Assembly (NCBI GenBank): GCA_963836435.1
Contig: CAWIJI010000011.1
Coordinates: 9,678-73,677, forward strand
Length of the DNA stretch: 64,000 nt
Reading direction: 5' to 3'
Source of the DNA: an uncultured Acidobacteriota bacterium
GTDB lineage: Bacteria > Acidobacteriota > Terriglobia > 20CM-2-55-15
Positions within the stretch are counted from its first letter, which is position 1; the number at the start of each line of letters is the position of its first letter. Positions 59,009 through 64,000 of the stretch are shown here, one piece after another. A model generated the notes under the pieces. That model saw only the letters and a list, made by a program, of their open reading frames with translations, was not told the origin of the DNA and made no database searches. The position numbers were made by a program, and so were the translations under genes.

Positions 59009-60078
59009 GGCTTTGCACATTAATGGATTCTCGAAGCAGATTCGCTGCCACTTGCTGACGCGGTTTTCGCTTCCGTGTTCAAGGTCTACTCCACGGTCTC
59101 TGCCCGTCGTTTTGCTTCCGACCTTCGCGAATCCAAAGAGCGCGGATACATCGACCATGCTCCGCACTTCAATTCCGTTTTGAACTACCTTGAGAATCCC
59201 GACTTGCGCCCGATCCTAATGGAACTGATTGAGGCTTCCGCGATGCCGCTAGAGGCAATCGAAACGGAATTCGCGGCTGACTCCACGGGCTTCAGCACGT
59301 CGCGCTACGAACGATGGTACGACCACAAATACGGCAAGGAATCGTTCAAGCAAGAATGGGTAAAGGTTCACGTCATGGCTGGAGTGAAAACGAACGTGGT
59401 AACTGCCGTGGAGATTCTGGACAAAGATGCAGCCGATTCGCCAGTGCTCCCGACGTTGCTCACGACTACGCAGAAACAGTTCCACGTGGCGGAAGTTTCA
59501 GCCGACAAAGGCTATCTGTCCTACAGGAACGCCAAGGCAATCGAGGATGCAGGCGCAACGCCTTTCATTGCGTTCAAGAAAGACAGCGGACCCGGAAACT
59601 ACCGGAAGGAAGGCGTCGCTAAGACCGCCGCGTGGTCACGGATGTATCACTACTTCCAATTTCGCCGGGAAGAATTCTTGGAGCACTACCACAAGCGGAG
59701 CAACGTCGAGGCAACGTTCTCTATGATGAAGCGGAAGTTTGGTGATTCACTGCGGAGCAAGACAGACGTGGCGATGGTCAACGAAGCCTTGTGTAAGGTG
59801 CTCTGCCATAATATCGTCGTGCTGATTCATGAGATGTTCGAGCTTGGTATTGATCCGATGTTTCTGAATACTCGGAGTGTCAGCTAGAATGCGCCCAACG
59901 CTCAGGAGGCCAAATGTTAGGATTTCGTCCAAACGAAGTGCCATTTATCGTGCTGGCGCTTGCCCTCTTTTTCTTCGCAATTCCATACCTTGCGCGACGG
60001 CAAAAGAAGTAAGACCCTGCACAACGGGAACGTGGCTGCACAACGGGAACTCAATTAATGCTCCCGTTGTGCAAAGCC
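59009..60078 (+). mobile_element. IS5-family insertion sequence (IS903-group-like, 1070 bp) with 9-bp target-site duplication AGCCGAGCG
   Basis: Ends GGCTTTGCACA... and ...TGTGCAAAGCC (11-bp IR). Identical 9-bp AGCCGAGCG at 59000-59008 and 60079-60087. The insertion interrupts the ccccgggtgGAGCCGAGCGacacccgggg hairpin of a MITE copy. Confidence 0.8.
59075..59887 (+). CDS. IS5-family DDE transposase (DDE_Tnp_1)
   Basis: ...EWVKVHVMAGVKTNVVTAVEILDKDAADSPVLPTLL...VSADKGYLSYRNAKAIEDAGATPFIAFKK... GTG start; 270 aa. Confidence 0.8.
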   Translation: MFKVYSTVSARRFASDLRESKERGYIDHAPHFNSVLNYLENPDLRPILMELIEASAMPLEAIETEFAADSTGFSTSRYERWYDHKYGKESFKQEWVKVHVMAGVKTNVVTAVEILDKDAADSPVLPTLLTTTQKQFHVAEVSADKGYLSYRNAKAIEDAGATPFIAFKKDSGPGNYRKEGVAKTAAWSRMYHYFQFRREEFLEHYHKRSNVEATFSMMKRKFGDSLRSKTDVAMVNEALCKVLCHNIVVLIHEMFELGIDPMFLNTRSVS

Positions 60079-60416
60079 AGCCGAGCGACACCCGGGGTTC
60101 ATCTCACGAGCGGCTTGCACCCCGGCAGGGGTGCAAGGAATCCCTGCACCCCTGCCGGGGTGCAACATTCCCGTTACGGTAACCCCGGGTTGCGCTCGCT
60201 CCGCTCGCTTAACCCGGGGCTAAATTCTCACCACGCCTCCGGCGTGCTCAGACTCGCGTTTCAACGTCGCCATCGCCTTGCGGACGAACCTGAAAACCGG
60301 AGACGTAACCTCGTGTTTCCGTTCCCGCTCAGACTCAAGAATGTCCAAACTCCAGAGCACGCCGGAGGCGTGCTGAGAGTTTAGCCCCGGGTGTCGCTCG
60401 GCTCTCCACCCGGGGG
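60079..60416 (-). repeat. MITE-like repeat copy 5b, right part plus nested extra module and a minimal copy
   Basis: 60079-60246 continues the interrupted element (...acacccggggttcatctcacgagcggcttgcacccc...cacgcctccggcgtg). 60247-60352 is the about 100-bp module also seen in copy 3. 60353-60416 is a minimal TIR plus one hairpin unit. Confidence 0.75.
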
Positions 60417-60591
60417 CTGGGAATCGTCCGAACTCCCTTAATTAACCCTTCGGGGTGATGCGTTTCGGAGACCGGCCGTAGAGCGATTTGATCCCAGGTG
60501 TGAACAGGAATTAAGCGCAGGTTCGCGGCGGCTAGCGCATAACCGGTTCAATTCTGATAATCTGTCGCGCATTCTGAGTTCGGGAGAGCCT

Positions 60592-62130
60592 ATGGAAACA
60601 ACACGGCCCATGAATGGTAGCGAGTTTATCGATTCCCTGCGCGATGACAGGGAAGTCTACATCTATGGCGAACGGGTCAAGGATGTGACGACGCATCCGG
60701 CCTTTCGCAACACAGCCCGCATGATTGCCCGGCTCTACGATGCTCTCCACGACCCGAAACACAAAGACAGGCTGTTGCTCCCGACGGATACCGGTAACGG
60801 CGGCTTCACTCATGCCTACTTCAAGGCTCCGAAAACCACAGCCGACCTCATCGCCGGACGCGACGCCATCGCCGAATGGGCGCGCATCGTCTACGGATGG
60901 GTCGGGCGCTCGCCGGACTACAAGGCGTCGTTTCTGGCTACGCTCGGCGCGAACGCGGAGTTCTACGCGCCGTATCAGGAAAACGCCAGGCGCTGGTACA
61001 AGTACAGCCAGGAGCGCGTGGCGTACGTCAACCATGCGATCATCCATCCGCCAGTGGACCGTGACAAGCCGCCGAACGAAGTGGCCGATATTTGCTGTCA
61101 TGTCGAGAAGGAAACCGATAAGGGGCTGATCATCTCCGGAGCAAAGGTTGTCGCGACCGGTTCCGTGCTCACGAACTTCACCTTCGTTGCCCATCACGGC
61201 CTGATCCCGGTTCAGGACAAGAAGTTTGCCGTGGTTTTCATCGTGCCGTCGAATGCCAAGGGAGTGAAGTTCCTGTGCCGCCCGTCGTACGAGATGACAT
61301 CCACGGTGATGGGCAGCCCGTTTGACTATCCCCTCTCGAGCCGGCTCGACGAGAACGACGCGATTTTCATCATGGACAACGTGATGGTCCCCTGGGAAAA
61401 CGTGTTTGTGTATGCCGATATCGAGAAAGCCAATAATTTCTTCCCGCGCACTGGTTTCCTGCAGCGGTTCGTCGTGCATGGGTGCACGCGCCTGGCGGTT
61501 AAGCTGGACTTCATCGCGGGATTGCTCCTGAAGGCTGTGGAAGCGGCGGGTTCCAAGGATTTCCGCGGCGTGCAGGCCAATGTCGGCGAAGTGATTGCGT
61601 GGCGCAATCTCTTCTGGGGATTGTCGGACGCCATGGTGCGCGACCCGCGTCCGTGGATCGGCGACTACATCCTTCCCAACATGGAACCGGGCAGCGCGTA
61701 CCACGTGATCGCTACAATTGCGTATTCGAAAGTTAAATACATCATCGAGCAGACCGTTGCCTCGGGCTTGATTTATCTCAATTCGCACGCACTCGACTTC
61801 AAGAATGAGGATATCCGGCCGTATATGGATCGCTACATGCGCGGCTCTAACGGCTACAAGGCCGAGGATCGCGTCAAGCTGATGAAGCTGCTGTGGGATA
61901 CTCTGGGCACGGAGTTCGGCGGCCGGCACGAACTCTACGAGATCAATTACGCGGGCTCGACAGAAGAGATTCGCCGCTACTGCCTGTTCGGCGCGCAGGC
62001 CTCCGGAGCCGCCGACCGCATGAAGGGATTCGCCGAGCAATGCATGGCCGAATACGATCTCGACGGGTGGCGTGTGCCGGATTTGACGGATCCTGGTGAA
62101 TTGAGCTATCACGCAAAAAAGAGGAAGTGA
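60592..62130 (+). CDS. hpaB: 4-hydroxyphenylacetate 3-monooxygenase oxygenase component family (HpaB-type two-component flavin monooxygenase)
   Basis: 512 aa, collinear with HpaB-family proteins (N-terminal ...[12 protein letters not shown]..., acyl-CoA-dehydrogenase-like fold regions). Confidence 0.85.
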   Translation: METTRPMNGSEFIDSLRDDREVYIYGERVKDVTTHPAFRNTARMIARLYDALHDPKHKDRLLLPTDTGNGGFTHAYFKAPKTTADLIAGRDAIAEWARIVYGWVGRSPDYKASFLATLGANAEFYAPYQENARRWYKYSQERVAYVNHAIIHPPVDRDKPPNEVADICCHVEKETDKGLIISGAKVVATGSVLTNFTFVAHHGLIPVQDKKFAVVFIVPSNAKGVKFLCRPSYEMTSTVMGSPFDYPLSSRLDENDAIFIMDNVMVPWENVFVYADIEKANNFFPRTGFLQRFVVHGCTRLAVKLDFIAGLLLKAVEAAGSKDFRGVQANVGEVIAWRNLFWGLSDAMVRDPRPWIGDYILPNMEPGSAYHVIATIAYSKVKYIIEQTVASGLIYLNSHALDFKNEDIRPYMDRYMRGSNGYKAEDRVKLMKLLWDTLGTEFGGRHELYEINYAGSTEEIRRYCLFGAQASGAADRMKGFAEQCMAEYDLDGWRVPDLTDPGELSYHAKKRK

Positions 62131-62167
62131 ACCTCCGGATTCCGTGTTCGCTAGTCTAGGGTTCCGC

Positions 62168-63601
62168 TCAAGGCAGCGTTATTTTTGCGGCATCGCTCAG
62201 AATCAAGTCCTTGTATACGGGCGATAGCCATCCGTCCTTGATCAGCTGGTTCGTCCGCTGTTCCACCTTGCTCTGATAGTCCTTCCTGTTCTTGTAAAGG
62301 GCTTGCGTCTGTTCCTTTGTCAGGGGGAGTTGGTACCCGCCGATTCCGCAGAAGAATGCCGCCCCATTTGCTCCTCTGCCGGCAACCATCGGTGAGGGAT
62401 TTGAGATCGGCGGTGTGGCGGCTTCATTCGGTGCGCCGTATCGGTTCACCGGAACGTCAACGTAAGGATTACGCACGCCGCCTTTCGCGTTGCCGTTGGC
62501 GTCGAGCTCGAGCACGGACCCGTCATTTTTCGTATCGTTATCGACGGTGATGTATTCCGCGTGCGGCGGAATCTTCCCTTTATCCACCCACTGGATGAGA
62601 TGGTCGAGCCCCACGGTCATTCCCATGCCCTGGGGAAAGCGGCTCACGGGATACTTGCAGGGATCGGGCTCATACGTTGGATTGATGCGCGAATCGTTGT
62701 GCGCCATTCCGGCAACTTCATAGATCCGGAACTGATCTCCTGGCGCATCGCCGTCGGGCCGCCGGTAGCGGTTGCCGTTGGCGGCGCCGGCGACGACTTC
62801 GGTCATCGTGGGCATCAGGATGAGCGGCACATCGACCTTCATGATCGGATTGTTTCCGCCCTGGCTGGTCGGCAGGAAGCCGTCGAAGATCGGTGTCATG
62901 TCGGAGGTTCGATAGATCATATGCGCCGGCAGATAGCCGGTCACCGTGGCAGCGGACGCCGACGTGCCCATCAGGATCATTTTCCTCATCTGCAGACCTT
63001 CAAGCGGCCCGTCCCGGCGGCCGCTCTTTGCCAGAAGGCCGACCTGAGCGATGATTTCGTTCGCCTGGTTGTTCCCGATCTGCAGTTCCTGATAACGGTC
63101 CATATTCGCCATCGTGAACTGGGCGGTGCTGCCGGTGACAATCTCCAGGCTGATGTGACCCTGGGTCATGGCGTAGGTGTGCACGAAGTGAAACATCCAG
63201 CTGTTTCCGCTCGGGTGCATCGGTTCCGCGACGACGATGCCGCTGAACTTCTTCACGTCGGACGGACGCCGTACAAGGATTCGCGTCGTGTAGGGCTGGC
63301 CCTGGGCGATGCCGGAGACGAAGTATTCCCTCACGATGTATTTGAAGTGCGCCATGTCTTCGTCAGCCGGGAGCGCCTGAAGGCCGGGAAACATGGCTCC
63401 GGGGCCCGTGATTTCCCTGAACGTCGGCATGGTTGCCACGACGGGATTCGCCGGAAGTTGAGCACCCCCGCGTCCTCCCCCTCCGGCTGCCGCTCCGCCG
63501 CCGCCTCGGCCCCGTCCCTGGCCTGCGGCGGTTATGGTGATCAGCACCGCGGTGATGCTGATTGCGGCGATCGTGGCCGACAAGGCTTTTCCGGATCTCA
63601 T
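62168..63601 (-). CDS. secreted alpha/beta-hydrolase-domain protein with Gly-rich linker after the signal peptide
   Basis: Signal peptide MRSGKALSATIAAISITAVLITITAA, then a GRGRGGGGAAAGGGGRGG linker and a large hydrolase-like body. Confidence 0.6.
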   Translation of the reverse strand: MRSGKALSATIAAISITAVLITITAAGQGRGRGGGGAAAGGGGRGGAQLPANPVVATMPTFREITGPGAMFPGLQALPADEDMAHFKYIVREYFVSGIAQGQPYTTRILVRRPSDVKKFSGIVVAEPMHPSGNSWMFHFVHTYAMTQGHISLEIVTGSTAQFTMANMDRYQELQIGNNQANEIIAQVGLLAKSGRRDGPLEGLQMRKMILMGTSASAATVTGYLPAHMIYRTSDMTPIFDGFLPTSQGGNNPIMKVDVPLILMPTMTEVVAGAANGNRYRRPDGDAPGDQFRIYEVAGMAHNDSRINPTYEPDPCKYPVSRFPQGMGMTVGLDHLIQWVDKGKIPPHAEYITVDNDTKNDGSVLELDANGNAKGGVRNPYVDVPVNRYGAPNEAATPPISNPSPMVAGRGANGAAFFCGIGGYQLPLTKEQTQALYKNRKDYQSKVEQRTNQLIKDGWLSPVYKDLILSDAAKITLP

Positions 63602-63828
63602 GCGTCTCTCCTGGTCTGTTTTTGCCGACCCATCGTTACGGCAATCGGAGTGGTTGTCAAGTCCGTGCAAAACGGTGTAGTGTCCTAAGCCTACCCGAAG
63701 ATATTTGAAATTTTTGGGTAGGCGATCAGCTGTCAGCGATGAGCTTTCAGCTAAAGGAAGGGGAATTTCTTTCCAGCTGATCGCTGAGAGCTGTTTGCTG
63801 AGCGTCTAAGTCACCATTGGAGGCATCA

Positions 63829-64000
63829 TGAACACGATCAGTCGTCGGGAACTTCTTCTTTCGGTTCCCTCTTTAGCTTTGATTCCGGCTCTTGCGCCGC
63901 GGTTGCTGGGACAGGAGGCGCCGCCCATTCCCCTGAAAGCGCTCAACTACTTCGCGCTCAACGTTTCCGATATGAAGCGTTCCATCGACTTCTATCAGGG
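63829..64000 (+). CDS. VOC-family protein with Tat-type signal (partial; runs off the window end)
   Basis: MNTISRRELLLSVPSLALIPALAP... then ...LNYFALNVSDMKRSIDFYQG, a glyoxalase-fold N-terminus. Confidence 0.55.

Overview
High-GC bacterial chromosomal segment. The gene content suggests Acidobacteriota, but that is inference only. The backbone is housekeeping and envelope genes. On the minus strand at the start sit clpP (partial), tig and tRNA-Leu. An 11-gene minus-strand operon (2.8-11.8 kb) is built around the conserved RDD / SpoIIM-like / DUF58 / MoxR / DUF4350 / DUF4129 module of unknown function, extended here by paralogous zinc-ribbon membrane proteins and a second RDD protein. An RND efflux pair follows, in which the permease is broken by several frameshifts. 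Then come a LytS/LytTR two-component system and a secreted carboxypeptidase-regulatory-like protein. Next is a small candidate conflict locus at 24.3-26.6 kb: an XRE regulator translationally coupled to an AbiEii-like nucleotidyltransferase, and, convergent on the other strand, a degenerate SLOG/LOG-like Rossmann domain fused to a 4-helix membrane module. Further along are a molybdopterin oxidoreductase, rhodanese, CobB sirtuin, a large SPFH/flotillin protein, a 5'-nucleotidase, ilvA, a GGDEF cyclase and queG. Directly after queG, tRNA-Lys marks the start of a lower-GC island (about 40.6-48.1 kb). The island carries a three-gene operon of unknowns including a TIGR04255-like protein, two paralogous HEPN-like proteins with an Rx4H motif flanking a small ORF, a SWIM-like zinc-finger ORF, an intact IS1182-like element with perfect 20-bp inverted repeats, and a methyltransferase. 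The rest holds a tesA / ybbA / ybbP-like arrangement, a RegB/RegA-like two-component system, a cytochrome c'-like gene whose CxxCH motif is broken by a 1-nt indel, an IS5-family (IS903-group-like) element with a 9-bp target-site duplication, hpaB and secreted hydrolases. A modular, hairpin-rich MITE-like repeat family with about 34-bp terminal inverted repeats occurs at least 7 times in the window, and the IS5-family element has inserted into one copy. A second palindromic REP-like element is also present. All calls rest on reading the translations and the DNA directly. No database searches were run.
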